From an uncultured cyanobacterium (GTDB lineage: Bacteria > Cyanobacteriota > Cyanobacteriia > Cyanobacteriales > Nostocaceae): a DNA stretch of 64,000 bases. Shown here in pieces: positions 17,611 through 28,531 of this stretch (positions are counted from its first letter, which is position 1; the number at the start of each line of letters is the position of its first letter). Where the stretch lies: positions 544,001 through 608,000 of the forward strand of contig CAVUDP010000002.1 in NCBI GenBank assembly GCA_963740315.1, read 5' to 3'. Both the position numbers and the translations under genes were made by a program. The notes under the pieces are model-generated. The model saw nothing but the letters and a program-made list of their open reading frames with translations. It did not search any database and had not been told where the DNA came from.

Positions 17611-20604
17611 ATGACTACAAACCTTCCAAGTCTTTACGATCCTTTTTCCACCGAAGCTAAATGGCAGAAGTTTTGGGAAGAGAAACTTTTGTATAAAGCT
17701 AACCCCGATCGCGATGGCGAACCTTATGCGATTATGATTCCCCCACCCAACGTTACGGGGAAACTGCATATGGGGCATGCTTTTGACAATACTTTGATTG
17801 ATTGTCTCGTGCGCTATCACCGCATGAAGGGTTTTAATGCTTTGTATCTCCCTGGAACCGATCACGCGAGTATTGCGGTACAAACAATTATTGAAAAGCA
17901 GCTTAAGGAAGAAGGTAAGACTCGTTACGATTTAGGACGCGATAAATTTTTGGAACGTGCTTGGGAGTGGAAAGCTGAATCTGGAGGTACGATTGTTAAC
18001 CAGTTGCGGCGTTTGGGTGTGTCTGTGGATTGGACGCGAGAACGGTTTACGATGGATGAAGGTTTATCGAAAGCTGTTCTGGAAGCTTTTGTTCGTCTTT
18101 ATGATGAAGGCAAGATTTATCGAGGAAATTACTTAGTTAACTGGTGTCCGGCTTCTCAATCGGCGGTTTCCGATTTGGAAGTTGACCAGAAGGAAGTTGA
18201 CGGTAAGCTGTGGCATTTTCGCTATCCTCTCAGCGACGGTTCCGGCTATCTGGAAGTAGCTACAACTCGTCCGGAAACTATGCTCGGAGATACTGGAGTC
18301 GCAGTTAATCCCAACGACGATCGCTACAACCATCTCATCGGTAAGACTTTGACTTTACCTTTAATGAATCGCGAAATCCCGATTATTGGCGATGAGTTGG
18401 TAGATCCCGCTTTCGGTACTGGTTGTGTAAAAGTTACTCCCGCTCACGATCCTAACGACTTTGAAATGGGTAAGCGTCACGATTTGCCGTTTCTCAATAT
18501 TATGAACAAAGACGGCACGATGAATGAAAATGCCGGGGAGTTTCAAGGGCAAGATCGTTTTGTGGCGCGGAAGAATGTTGTCGCAAGGTTGGAAGCTGAT
18601 GGTGTTTTAGTCAAAATTGAAGATTACAAGCATACCGTTCCCTACAGCGATCGCGGTAATGTTCCTGTAGAACCTTTGCTTTCTACTCAATGGTTTGTCA
18701 AAATTCGTCCGATGGCTGATAAAGCTTTGGAATTTTTCGAGCAGAATTCTCCAGAATTTTACCCCGAACGTTGGGGAAAGGTTTATAAAGATTGGCTCAT
18801 AAAATTAAAAGACTGGTGTATTTCTCGTCAGCTATGGTGGGGGCATCAAATTCCGGCTTGGTATGCAGTTAGCGAGACGAATGGTGAAATTACCGATACT
18901 ACGCCGTTTGTAGTCGCAAAAGATGAAGCAGAGGCATGGGAAAAAGCCAAAGCACAATATGGCGAAAACGTTCAATTAGAAAGAGATGCTGACGTACTCG
19001 ATACCTGGTTTTCTTCTGGATTGTGGCCCTTTTCTACCTTGGGATGGCCCGAAGAAACCGAAGATTTAAAGAAATATTATCCTACCAGCGTTTTAGTAAC
19101 TGGCTTTGATATTATCTTCTTCTGGGTAGCCAGAATGACCATGATGGCTGGTGAATTTACTGGAGAAATGCCGTTCCAAGATGTTTACATCCACGGTTTG
19201 GTGCTGGATGAAAACGGTAAAAAAATGGCTAAGTCGAAGGGAAATGGTATCGATCCATTAATATTAATTGATAAATACGGTACCGATGCTCTACGCTACA
19301 CTTTGGTTAAAGAAGTAATTGGTGTTGGACAAGATATTCGTTTCGATTACAACCGCAAAACCGATGAATCACCTTCTGTAGAAGCATCGCGCAACTTTGC
19401 CAACAAGTTGTGGAATGCAGCCAGATTCGTAATGATGAATTTGGAAGAACAAACACCGCAGCAGTTGGGAATACCCGCAGCCACAGAATTAAGCGATAAA
19501 TGGATATTGTCACGCTTCCATCAAACTGTTCAGGAAACTAACAGTTACATGGAAAAATATGGCATGGGAGAAGCTGCCAAGGGACTTTACGAATTTATCT
19601 GGGGTGATTTTTGTGACTGGTATATTGAGTTAGTAAAATCTCGCTTGCAGGAAGATGCCGAACCTACATCGAGACGGGTAGCGCAACAAACCTTAGCTTA
19701 TGTATTAGAAGGGATTTTAAAACTTCTGAGTCCCTTTATGCCTCACATTACCGAAGAAATTTGGCATACCTTGACTCAACAAGGAACAGAATCCGGTGAA
19801 AGTTTATCGCTGCAAAAATATCCAGAAGCGAATACACAATTAATTGACACCGAATTAGAGTCAGAATTTGAATTATTAATCGGCACAATTCGCACAATTC
19901 GCAACTTAAGAGCAGAAGCAGACGTTAAACCAGCCGTAAAAGTTACCGTTAATTTGCAAAGCGAAAGCGCAAAAGAACGTCAAATTCTTAATACTGGAGA
20001 AGCATATATTAAAGATTTGGCGAAAGTTGAGAATTTAACCATAGCTAACAAACAAAACAGCGTTAAAGTAACAAAGAAGAAAAAGAACGGCGCTTTAAGA
20101 ATAATTATCTTAGGTTTGCTAACAGTTACCTTAGCTAGAGTCGCTTACGCTGTATCAATTTCAGTAGATAACCTTCCTTTCTTTGGAACATTTTTTGAAC
20201 TAGTAGGTTTTGGTTATTCACTATGGTTCATCAGGATATATTTACTCTCTAATAAAAAGAGACAAGAATTGCGACAAAAATTCTTCAAATCATCAACTGA
20301 TGCAAACCCGACTCAAGTAGAAGAATCACTATCAGCATTAGGAGAAGTTGCAACGGGTGTAGTTGGTACCGTACAAGTACTGCTTCCCCTTGAAGGTGTA
20401 GTAGATATGGAAGCATTGCGTGGCAAATTAGAGAAAAGCCTCAGTAAAATAGAAGCTGAAGTACAATCTCTAACTGGTAGATTGAGTAATTCCAAATTTG
20501 TTGATAAAGCACCAGCAGACGTGGTACAAGGAGCCAGAGATTCTTTAGCAGAAGCCGAAAAACAAGCCGAAATTTTACGCGATCGCCTCGAACGGATTAA
20601 ATGA
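17611..20604 (+). CDS. valS: valine--tRNA ligase with an inserted CAAD membrane domain
   Basis: '[14 protein letters not shown]' (HIGH), 'KMAKS' (KMSKS), '[12 protein letters not shown]', C-terminal coiled coil; two-TM insert at about 20050-20340. Confidence 0.97.
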   Translation: MTTNLPSLYDPFSTEAKWQKFWEEKLLYKANPDRDGEPYAIMIPPPNVTGKLHMGHAFDNTLIDCLVRYHRMKGFNALYLPGTDHASIAVQTIIEKQLKEEGKTRYDLGRDKFLERAWEWKAESGGTIVNQLRRLGVSVDWTRERFTMDEGLSKAVLEAFVRLYDEGKIYRGNYLVNWCPASQSAVSDLEVDQKEVDGKLWHFRYPLSDGSGYLEVATTRPETMLGDTGVAVNPNDDRYNHLIGKTLTLPLMNREIPIIGDELVDPAFGTGCVKVTPAHDPNDFEMGKRHDLPFLNIMNKDGTMNENAGEFQGQDRFVARKNVVARLEADGVLVKIEDYKHTVPYSDRGNVPVEPLLSTQWFVKIRPMADKALEFFEQNSPEFYPERWGKVYKDWLIKLKDWCISRQLWWGHQIPAWYAVSETNGEITDTTPFVVAKDEAEAWEKAKAQYGENVQLERDADVLDTWFSSGLWPFSTLGWPEETEDLKKYYPTSVLVTGFDIIFFWVARMTMMAGEFTGEMPFQDVYIHGLVLDENGKKMAKSKGNGIDPLILIDKYGTDALRYTLVKEVIGVGQDIRFDYNRKTDESPSVEASRNFANKLWNAARFVMMNLEEQTPQQLGIPAATELSDKWILSRFHQTVQETNSYMEKYGMGEAAKGLYEFIWGDFCDWYIELVKSRLQEDAEPTSRRVAQQTLAYVLEGILKLLSPFMPHITEEIWHTLTQQGTESGESLSLQKYPEANTQLIDTELESEFELLIGTIRTIRNLRAEADVKPAVKVTVNLQSESAKERQILNTGEAYIKDLAKVENLTIANKQNSVKVTKKKKNGALRIIILGLLTVTLARVAYAVSISVDNLPFFGTFFELVGFGYSLWFIRIYLLSNKKRQELRQKFFKSSTDANPTQVEESLSALGEVATGVVGTVQVLLPLEGVVDMEALRGKLEKSLSKIEAEVQSLTGRLSNSKFVDKAPADVVQGARDSLAEAEKQAEILRDRLERIK

Positions 20605-20608
20605 TTGA

Positions 20609-20641
20609 GTTAGTTGTTAGTTGTTAGTTGTTAGTTGTTAG
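20609..20641. repeat. STRR heptamer tandem (GTTAGTT)n; inverse-orientation array at about 20886-20920
   Basis: Directly visible. Confidence 0.85.
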
Positions 20642-20932
20642 GAGTTATGAATCACAAAATTGCAAGTTAATAAAGTAAAATTGGACGGTTTGGGATGCGC
20701 GTACTACAAGATTTTGATGATTTATCTTTGTAGCTCAATTAATTACAAAGTGCTGTAATACTCGGAATTATAGCCATTTCAAATAAAAAACAGATGGTTT
20801 GCATTCTTCTACCGAATAGCCAAGATTTTCACCCTAGAGCAAGATGCTCCACTAGATAAATTAATTCAAACCCTAACTGAAGCACCACTAACAACTAACA
20901 ACTAACAACTAACCACTAACTTTTTTAAAACC

Positions 20933-21379
20933 ATGTTATATCTAGCCCAGGTACATAAAAATGAATTTTTAGTTCAATCCGAGTTACGGTTGTTAGCGCG
21001 TCAAGAAACTAACAATATGTGGGCGATGATTCCAGAAGAAGCTGTTATTCTTTTGGGAAAAGGTAAACATTTTACCGAGAAATTGCTCGTTTTAGTAGAA
21101 CTTTCTGCTACGGGAGAAATTGAAAAAATTGAAGACGCTACCAAGTGGGTATTGGAAATAGTGCAAAAATATCTTACCACCGGAATCTCACCAGAATTTT
21201 TACGTCAAGAAGCCGAACGAGCCGAAGATTGGCGACAAAATTTAACTTTACAAAATCAAGACTTAGCGCGTAGAACTTTAGAATTAGAAGCACGTAGAGA
21301 ACAAATTCAAGCCTTAGAAGAAGCCCTTCAACGCGCTAAAAATGAAGCTCATCATCCAGATGAAAATGTGGAGAGTTGA
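20933..21379 (+). CDS. conserved cyanobacterial hypothetical protein with a C-terminal coiled coil
   Basis: 'MLYLAQV...LRLLARQ...W', 'EAERAEDWRQNLTLQNQDLARR.LELEARREQ'. Confidence 0.75.
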   Translation: MLYLAQVHKNEFLVQSELRLLARQETNNMWAMIPEEAVILLGKGKHFTEKLLVLVELSATGEIEKIEDATKWVLEIVQKYLTTGISPEFLRQEAERAEDWRQNLTLQNQDLARRTLELEARREQIQALEEALQRAKNEAHHPDENVES

Positions 21380-21687
21380 TTTTTTTTTAATATTTTTATT
21401 GTGATTTTAAATAAATTGAAGCCCTCACCCTCGAAGGGTGGGGAACCACCAGAACAAAGCCCACCGTAAGGTGGGCTATAAAATGAATTAGTATTTTAAT
21501 AAATTTAGGACTTAGCAAAAAGGCACATTTTTCTTGTAGGGTGTGTGACGCATTAAGTTAATTTGAACGTAGCAATAAGGTTTTTAGCGTCACGCACCAT
21601 CAACCATTTGTGACAATAATTACGCTACCGCGTCACGCTCAGAAGACCGTAAGTCATGAAATTATTACAAGTTAGCGCTTTAAGAAA

Positions 21688-23727
21688 CTACAAACCAAAA
21701 AAAGTTGCTGCAACCCCAAAGTAAGGGAGAAGTTTCTTCAAAACAGGTTTGATATTTCCCCACAAAGTCTTCCCAGATTCCACCGTTTTACTAGCAGTTT
21801 CTATCGTTTGAGCCATGCGTTTAAGGTTTCCTGCTGCTAACTGTTTATCCGGTTCCGCTGCTTGGGTTTCTTCTTTTGCTGCACCAAGATATCTTAATGA
21901 TTTTTCCTTATCTGCTTCTGGTAATTCGGGTGTGGATTTTATAAGTTCTTCAATTTGCGCCAGCTTTTGGATAACATCGGCTTGGGTGAGTTTCTCATCG
22001 GGTTGAGTCACATTCGCTTCCATCTGTTGGTTGCTGTTATCTCCAGCAGCTTGCATGCCACCGTACATATTACCACCGCTCATGTTTTGAGAAGTTCCAC
22101 CAGGATTGTTATTCATATTTTCTATCTTATCTATGTTGTAAACGTTTAAATAATCCGAACGTTGTAAAGTTTGAACAATACTTAAAACATCACGAATTAA
22201 ATTACGATCTTTTTCATCAAGCTTTCTTAAAAGTAATTCAATTTCCCTTTCTGGTAAACCTTTGATTTTATTATAAATTTCAAAATATTGACCGTTTAAC
22301 TGAGATTCATCTGCTGAAGGTGCGGTTTTAGCGCGGAGTAAAAATTTATCTTCTCCGCGTTTTTCTATCGCTACAATTTCTAATTCCGCATCGGGGTTAT
22401 TTTTTGCTAATTTTTTAAATGATATAGCTATAGCGCGGGGGTCAACGCCTTGGCTATGATAAAGGTCAAGGGTGTCAAATAGTGGCTGAATAAAATCACC
22501 GAAATCCCCTTCAGAAAAATTTTCTTTCCAATTATCCGGTTTACGTCTGGAGTTCTGGTATCGGCCGCCTAGTTTGACTAATCGCATAAAAACATATTCA
22601 CACCTTACGTCATGAAACTTTGTATTGATAGTAATATTCCAATTTTGAATACATGCTCCTGTAAGTGTTGCTCCGGTAAAATCGGTGTTATCTAATTGTG
22701 TTTTGACTAACTTGGCTCTGGACAAATCCGCATCTTGCAAACAAGCTTCGCTCAAATCTGTACCGATGAAACTTGCATCTGTTAATGTAGCTTCTTTTAA
22801 ATTAATTCCTCCTAACTTAAGATCGTCAAAATTTTTGTTTTGTCCTTGTCCGGTTAATATTAATTGGCGTATGTGGGAATGTTGTAAATAAGAAGTGCCG
22901 AAACGTACTTGATTAAATTTAATATTGTAAAAGCAGGTACGAATCAGTTGAGCATCTCGTAAATCTGTGCTTTTGAGGTAAGCAGCAGTAAAGTTAGCAT
23001 CGTTTAAATTGGCTCTGCGAAAACTCGTACCTCTATTAGCCACAAAAGCAACTGCTACATTCCGTACTAAAGCATATTTTTCATCTCCCTTCATCGCTCG
23101 CCAACCTACGTAAGCACTTACGACAACTCCGGCGAAAGCTCCGGCTACGGCGAAGGCTACGGTTCCGGCTCCGGCTCCGGCGAAAGCGAGATCTGTGGCG
23201 AAAGCTGCGGCTAGGGCGAAAGCAAAAGCAAAAGCGAAAGCGAAAGCGAAGGCGAGGCGTGTGGCTACGGCTTTGGCTTCTGTTCCAACTGCGGCTACGG
23301 CGAAGGCTGCGGCTACGGCGAAAGCTGCGGCTACGGCTACGGCTAGGGCTAAGGCTCCGGCGAAGGCGAGCCTTACCTCTATTCCTTTGCTAATAATAAT
23401 TACATATATAATAATCGTTACAATCAGTGCTACCCAGCCTAAAACTTTGAACTCAATATTCTGAGAATTAAATAGGTACGATATTATAGCTCCATTAAGT
23501 AGAAAGAGAAAACCTGATAGTCCCGACAGTAACCAAGAAAGCATAACCAGCAGCAATGCCCAACGCTTTTGCAAACCAGCTTTCGCACCAGTAAAGTCTG
23601 CTCCCTGTAGGTTCGCACCAGTAAAGTTTGTCCCTCTAATGTCTTTACCCTTAAAATCCGCATCTTCTAGGTTTTGACCTTTAAATGACTTTCCTCGTGG
23701 GTTTTGACGTGAGTAATCCACAGTCAC
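21688..23727 (-). CDS. pentapeptide-repeat membrane protein with an Ala/Phe low-complexity tract
   Basis: A(D/N)(L/F)xx repeats at the N-terminus and centre, TM segments, (AF)n tract at about 23130-23370. Confidence 0.85.
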   Translation of the reverse strand: MTVDYSRQNPRGKSFKGQNLEDADFKGKDIRGTNFTGANLQGADFTGAKAGLQKRWALLLVMLSWLLSGLSGFLFLLNGAIISYLFNSQNIEFKVLGWVALIVTIIIYVIIISKGIEVRLAFAGALALAVAVAAAFAVAAAFAVAAVGTEAKAVATRLAFAFAFAFAFAFALAAAFATDLAFAGAGAGTVAFAVAGAFAGVVVSAYVGWRAMKGDEKYALVRNVAVAFVANRGTSFRRANLNDANFTAAYLKSTDLRDAQLIRTCFYNIKFNQVRFGTSYLQHSHIRQLILTGQGQNKNFDDLKLGGINLKEATLTDASFIGTDLSEACLQDADLSRAKLVKTQLDNTDFTGATLTGACIQNWNITINTKFHDVRCEYVFMRLVKLGGRYQNSRRKPDNWKENFSEGDFGDFIQPLFDTLDLYHSQGVDPRAIAISFKKLAKNNPDAELEIVAIEKRGEDKFLLRAKTAPSADESQLNGQYFEIYNKIKGLPEREIELLLRKLDEKDRNLIRDVLSIVQTLQRSDYLNVYNIDKIENMNNNPGGTSQNMSGGNMYGGMQAAGDNSNQQMEANVTQPDEKLTQADVIQKLAQIEELIKSTPELPEADKEKSLRYLGAAKEETQAAEPDKQLAAGNLKRMAQTIETASKTVESGKTLWGNIKPVLKKLLPYFGVAATFFGL

Positions 23728-23790
23728 AATTCTAAAAGTTCTACTACAAGTTTATATTGGTGTCAGTGGAATTAACTTATGCAGTTGGGG

Positions 23791-23887
23791 TAAGTAGGTG
23801 AACAAAAATATTTATGTCATTGCGAGCGAAGCGAAGCAATCCCAACTCCTGCGATTGCTTCGCTCCGCTCGCAATGACTTTACTTAC
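23791..23887. repeat. MITE-like palindromic element (TAAGTA...GTCATTGCGAG...CTCGCAATGAC...TACTTA)
   Basis: Internal long inverted repeat 23816-23878; left end matches the reverse complement of 42678-42703 with one mismatch. Confidence 0.8.
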
Positions 23888-23925
23888 ATTATTCGTGTGT
23901 AAGGCTTATTTCTACTTCAGAAAAC

Positions 23926-24019
23926 ATGCGGAGGCAGGTTTCGCCTGTGTAGCCAAGCCACTGCGTTGGGCGGGTTCCCCGACTTGTAGGAAGTGGCGCG
24001 CGATTTCAATCGCTAGGTG
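23926..24019 (-). repeat. GGCTACACAGGC family repeat with a ~44-nt internal insertion
   Basis: Reverse copy of the 855-925 and 42725-42853 element, interrupted by CGCCACTTCCTACAAGTCGGGGAACCCGCCCAACGCAGTGGCTT. Confidence 0.7.
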
Positions 24020-24188
24020 CGGCATATTCCAATAATAAGTATCAAATCGCCAGGTATCCGATCGCCAAACATCAACCCCAAATTCATAAAAATTATTCAT
24101 TCACCCAACTACCCACAATCGGCTATTATGATCGAATAAATTAGCTTATAGCATCACAGTTTCCCGTCCAATATTCTCCGCCAAATTG

Positions 24189-25358
24189 ATGCAAACACAA
24201 CAAAAATCGGCGCAAAAGCCAAGTATTCGACCTCAAAATCCTAATTTCTCTTCAGGTCCTTGTTCTAAACGTCCTGGTTGGTCTTTGGAAGTATTAAATG
24301 ATGCAACTATAGGACGATCGCACCGTTCTAAGTTAGGTAAGGCAAAGTTAGCGGAAGCGATCGAGTTATCTAAGGAAATTCTGCAAATTCCCGATGATTA
24401 CCGATTGGGTATTGTCCCCGCATCGGATACGGGTGCGGTGGAAATGGCGATGTGGACTATGTTAGGACAGCGCGGTGTTGATGTTTTAGCATGGGAAAGT
24501 TTTGGTAAGGGCTGGGTAACTGATGCAGTTAAACAGTTGAAGCTCAAAGATATCAATACTTATGAAGCCGATTACGGGCAAATTCCCGATTTTTCGCTAG
24601 TTGATTGCGATCGCGATGTGGTTTTCACCTGGAACGGTACGACTTCTGGCGTGAGAGTTGCTAACGGTGATTGGATAAAAGATAACCGTCAGGGGTTGAC
24701 AATTTGCGATGCAACTTCCGCCGCTTTTGCGATGGAAATTCCTTGGCACAAAATTGATGTTTTGACTTATTCCTGGCAGAAAGTCATGGGTGGTGAAGCG
24801 GCACACGGTGTAATTGTTTTATCACCAAGAGCGGTTGAAAGATTAGAAAGCTATACTCCCGATAGACCTTTACCAAAGATTTTTCGCTTAACAAAAGGCG
24901 GTAAACTTATTGAAGGAATCTTTGAAGGTTCGACAATCAATACACCATCAATGTTGTGTGTAGAAGATGCGATCGATGGTTTGAAATGGGCGAAATCAAT
25001 CGGCGGTTTATCGAAGTTAATTGAGCGTTCCAATAATAATTTACAAGTTTTAGAAGACTGGGTTGCCAAATCCGACTGGATTGATTTTTTGGTAGAAGAT
25101 AAATCGATTCGTTCCAACACTTCTATTTGTTTCAAGATTGTTGATGAATGGTATAAATCTTTATCGAAAGAGGAACAAGCAGCCAAAGCCAAAGAGTTGG
25201 TATCTTTGATGGCGAAAGAACAAGTTGCTTACGATATTGGTTCCTACCGTGACGCTCCTCCAGGGTTGCGTATTTGGGGTGGTGCGACGATAGAATCCAA
25301 GGATATGGAAGCTTTAACTCATTGGTTGGATTGGGGATTTGGTCAGTTGAAGCAGTAG
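24189..25358 (+). CDS. serC: phosphoserine aminotransferase (Methanosarcina/alphaproteobacterial subtype)
   Basis: '[15 protein letters not shown]', '[13 protein letters not shown]', 'WNGTTSG', 'CDATSA', PLP lysine in 'SWQKVMGGE', 'TINTPS', '[13 protein letters not shown]'. Confidence 0.9.
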   Translation: MQTQQKSAQKPSIRPQNPNFSSGPCSKRPGWSLEVLNDATIGRSHRSKLGKAKLAEAIELSKEILQIPDDYRLGIVPASDTGAVEMAMWTMLGQRGVDVLAWESFGKGWVTDAVKQLKLKDINTYEADYGQIPDFSLVDCDRDVVFTWNGTTSGVRVANGDWIKDNRQGLTICDATSAAFAMEIPWHKIDVLTYSWQKVMGGEAAHGVIVLSPRAVERLESYTPDRPLPKIFRLTKGGKLIEGIFEGSTINTPSMLCVEDAIDGLKWAKSIGGLSKLIERSNNNLQVLEDWVAKSDWIDFLVEDKSIRSNTSICFKIVDEWYKSLSKEEQAAKAKELVSLMAKEQVAYDIGSYRDAPPGLRIWGGATIESKDMEALTHWLDWGFGQLKQ

Positions 25359-25423
25359 GTTTCGTTTGTCGGTAGATGTAGACGGTAGATGTTGACGTAA
25401 GATGGAGCAGATGGAGACGTAGC

Positions 25424-25457
25424 AGATGGAGACGTAGCAGTGCTACGTCTCTACATT
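25424..25457. repeat. GTAG-type REP-like palindrome; left arm of a 34-bp inverted repeat pair
   Basis: AGATGGAGACGTAGCAGTGCTACGTCTCTACATT is the reverse complement of 26359-26392. Confidence 0.85.
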
Positions 25458-25714
25458 GTTTTTTTTACAGTTGGGTTTCGCTTCAAAAAACAACTGTGGG
25501 AAATTACTCAGATATTAATAAAACTTTTTCCGGGTTATACCAATTAGAAACCGTATCATACTTATAGTTACAGCGGAAGATGTTTCTTTAAGATATTGCA
25601 AACTATTTATGAAATTTAGCTTTTAACAGCTACCAATATTTTTAAAATTCCTGACTGTAGGGTGTGTTTATAGAAAAACAAAAAACAGATTCATAGGTGA
25701 GAGAGGAGAAGTAA

Positions 25715-26347
25715 GTGAAAGATTCTACAGCAGTTCCTTCAGATTTTTCATTAGAAGAATGGATCAGTAATCCATTAAAAGATGCGACAAGTAAAGAAGA
25801 TACTTTAATACAAGATTGGATGGAAAATTCGGAAGATAAATCAGAATCATTCGATGAAGTTAATGAAGCTTACGAAATCGAATGGGTAAATGAAGAATTT
25901 GGAGAACAAAAGGCTTTAACACTCAAACAAAGAAGAATTTTAGGGAATCTTTACTATTATTGGAGAACTTATAAAGATTCTAGCGGACAAGGTGGAGAAG
26001 TCTACAATCACGTACCCTGCCGCACCAAAATTCAAGGGCGATCGCCAGACGTTGCATACATTACGCCGCAGTTAGCAAAGCATTTTGGCGAACTTGAAGT
26101 TTTCCCTCAGAGTTTTCCTTTAATCGCCGAAGTAGCTTCTCCTGCTGATTTAGCAGAAGAATTGATTGCAAAGTCTCACGAATATTTGCGATCGGGAAGC
26201 GAGGAAATTTGGTTAATTTTCCCCGAAAATCGCTGGATTATCATAATTACGGAAAATCAACGACTTGTATTCACTTCTGGCGATATTGTTTACACTCAAA
26301 GACTGTTAAATGGCTTTAGCGTTGAAGTTGATGAATTATTAGCATGA
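25715..26347 (+). CDS. Uma2 family (DUF820) PD-(D/E)xK-like protein with an acidic N-terminal extension
   Basis: 'RSPDVAY', 'PLIAEVASP', 'K..EYL..GSEEIWLIFPE', 'LLNGFSV.VDELL'. Confidence 0.85.
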   Translation: MKDSTAVPSDFSLEEWISNPLKDATSKEDTLIQDWMENSEDKSESFDEVNEAYEIEWVNEEFGEQKALTLKQRRILGNLYYYWRTYKDSSGQGGEVYNHVPCRTKIQGRSPDVAYITPQLAKHFGELEVFPQSFPLIAEVASPADLAEELIAKSHEYLRSGSEEIWLIFPENRWIIIITENQRLVFTSGDIVYTQRLLNGFSVEVDELLA

Positions 26348-26358
26348 GGAAAGTAAAA

Positions 26359-26392
26359 AATGTAGAGACGTAGCACTGCTACGTCTCCATCT
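26359..26392. repeat. GTAG-type REP-like palindrome; right arm of the 34-bp inverted repeat pair
   Basis: AATGTAGAGACGTAGCACTGCTACGTCTCCATCT. Confidence 0.85.
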
Positions 26393-26559
26393 CAACCGTC
26401 AAAGCGTAAAAAATGAACCCAAATAGCATCCTAACTCTTACATTATCTCTCCATAAAAATGCTATTAATAGCTCACCTTACGGTGGGCTTTGTTTATGTG
26501 CTTCCCCAGTGCGGGTAGGGTTGCAATCCAAAATCCAAAATCCAAAATCTAAAATTCTA

Positions 26560-27297
26560 TTACCTAAACCCCAAAATTTCCGAAACTGCTTTAACAATAT
26601 CAAGATAAAAATTTCCCTGCACTTCACGGAATAATTCAAACTTAGTATCGGGGGCACCAAAAAACGGTCTTAAAAACCATCCTAACTGCATACCGACAAA
26701 GCCGTAAAGCAGCAACCAAGACCTTAAAATAGTTGTACGAGTACCCTTCCCAGTTTCATTTTGTTCGGAAAGTAGCTGCATTCCATCGTAAAGAAATTTA
26801 ACTCCAAATGAACCCGTAATAACAAAAATAAGCACGTTAAGAATTTTGAAAAATTGGTAGGAGTTGGGTGTAGTGATTAAAAAGAATAGCGTCACTGGTG
26901 CAAAGCTGAAAAGCAAGACGCTAATTACAGATACAGCCGTAAGTAATACTACAAAATGTTGTTTTAAAGTACTGCGAGAACCGAATAAAACATTGAAAAA
27001 AAACAAAGTTGGAAAGCAAATCATTATCGACAGCAAATAGAATGCAGGAAGCTTGATAGTACTGGTTAATGCTTGCATCCAGCCATGAGAGCCACCAATA
27101 ATACCGCCATAAATCGCAAAGAAAATAGAGCTACAAACTAGTAGAGAATTAGTTTTACTTTGCAATCTTATTTCCTGACGAATCTCTTCTAAAAAGCCTT
27201 GGCGATCGCGCAGTAAGCTAAGTAGAACATTAAAATGTTGAGTTCCTTGAAACTCAGTCTTTTTTTCCAGCATTTTATTATCTTGATTCATAGTCAT
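26560..27297 (-). CDS. multi-pass membrane protein, paralog 2 of a tandem pair
   Basis: About five hydrophobic segments; 'KLPA.YL....ICFPTL', 'YGFVGMQLGWFLRPFFG.P' shared with 27639-28343. Confidence 0.85.
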   Translation of the reverse strand: MTMNQDNKMLEKKTEFQGTQHFNVLLSLLRDRQGFLEEIRQEIRLQSKTNSLLVCSSIFFAIYGGIIGGSHGWMQALTSTIKLPAFYLLSIMICFPTLFFFNVLFGSRSTLKQHFVVLLTAVSVISVLLFSFAPVTLFFLITTPNSYQFFKILNVLIFVITGSFGVKFLYDGMQLLSEQNETGKGTRTTILRSWLLLYGFVGMQLGWFLRPFFGAPDTKFELFREVQGNFYLDIVKAVSEILGFR

Positions 27298-27334
27298 TAT
27301 TTATTTCAGTAGTTTTTATAAATTTTATGAATAC

Positions 27335-27638
27335 AGGGAATGGGGTAGAGGGGGTAGAGGGGGAGAGGAGGAGATGGGGGGATGGGGAGATGGGGAGATT
27401 GGGAGATGGGGAGTAGAGGGGGAGATTGGGAGAGGGGGAGATGGGGAGATGGGGGGTAGATGGGGTAGTTAAACAGCGAGCAAGATGCTCGCACTACTCC
27501 TAACTCCTAACTCCTATACGGTTACTGAGCTTGTCGAAGTACTCCTAACTCCTAACTCCTAACTCCTATACGGTTACTGAGCTTGTCGAAGTACTCCTAA
27601 CTCCTAACTCCTAACTCCCTACTCCTAACTCCTAACTA
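27335..27638. repeat. STRR heptamer arrays with a REP-like palindrome (27476-27497) and two 22-nt SDR1-like inserts (27520-27541, 27572-27593)
   Basis: (GGGAGAT)n and (CTCCTAA)n; GGTTACTGAGCTTGTCGAAGTA occurs twice. Confidence 0.9.
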
Positions 27639-28343
27639 TTACCGAAACCCCAAAAGGTGAGCTAAAGATTGAATAACACTTAAATAAAAGTTTCCTTCTC
27701 TTTCTCGAAACAACGTAAAAGATGCTGTTGGTGTACCGAAAAATGGTCTGAGAGTCCACCCCAATTGACTACCAACAAAGGCATACAAAAACAACCACGA
27801 TCGCAAAATTTTCCGGCGTGTCGTACTATTTTCACCATCTTGTTCTAAAACGACTTTTGCAGCTTTATATAAAGAAGAAATCCCAATAAATCCCGTAGCC
27901 GCAAAAATAATTACATTTAACAAAATTAGAAACTGATAGTTACCAGTACTAAGCATAAAAAACAAAGTTATTGGCGCAAAGCTGAATAACAGCACGCTTG
28001 TCACCGAAACCGCTGTTAACACCAAAGCAAAATATTGAGAAAAAGTGCGTTTGTCGCCAAAAATGATATTAGCGAAATACAAAGTAGGTAAACAAATCAG
28101 CAGCGTAATTAAATAAAGCGCTGGTAATTTGACGGCGGAAGATAAAGCCTGCATCCAGCTATGATAAGCACCAATAATCGCGCCATAGATAGACAAAAAT
28201 AGCGAACTACAAACTAATAAAGAAATGATTTTACTTTGTAACCTTACCTTCTCGCGAATTTCTGTTAAAAATACTTGCCTTTCCCGCAATAAGTTAGTTA
28301 ATACAACAAAGTATTTATTAGCTGTTGATTGTTTTTGAATCAT
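27639..28343 (-). CDS. multi-pass membrane protein, paralog 1 of a tandem pair
   Basis: 'KLPALYL....ICLPTL', 'YAFVGSQLGWTLRPFFG.P'. Confidence 0.85.
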   Translation of the reverse strand: MIQKQSTANKYFVVLTNLLRERQVFLTEIREKVRLQSKIISLLVCSSLFLSIYGAIIGAYHSWMQALSSAVKLPALYLITLLICLPTLYFANIIFGDKRTFSQYFALVLTAVSVTSVLLFSFAPITLFFMLSTGNYQFLILLNVIIFAATGFIGISSLYKAAKVVLEQDGENSTTRRKILRSWLFLYAFVGSQLGWTLRPFFGTPTASFTLFREREGNFYLSVIQSLAHLLGFR

Positions 28344-28531
28344 TTTATTTGATAGTTGATAGTTGTTATTTACTTATTGCTAAATCAAATTTATAAGTTT
28401 ATTTGCAATCCAAAATCCAAAATCCAAAATTCTATAACTCCTAACTCCTAACTCTCAACTCTAACTCCTCACTGATAAATGGTAACAAGTTACTGGTAAC
28501 AAGTTACTGGTAACAGCTCACTGCTCACTGT

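Noticed and set aside
23195..23464. (Ala-Lys)n histone-like ORF on the + strand
   Set aside because: Antisense shadow of the (Ala-Phe)n tract of the pentapeptide gene
23814..24100. ORFs 23814-24035 (+) and 23912-24100 (-)
   Set aside because: Made up largely of dispersed repeat elements
27520..27593. Two 22-nt direct repeats 52 bp apart (mini-CRISPR?)
   Set aside because: The intervening DNA is (CTCCTAA)n heptamer, not a spacer
26560..28343. 'Actin-binding WH2' label that I recall being attached to this family
   Set aside because: The proteins are polytopic membrane proteins and I see no WH2 motif
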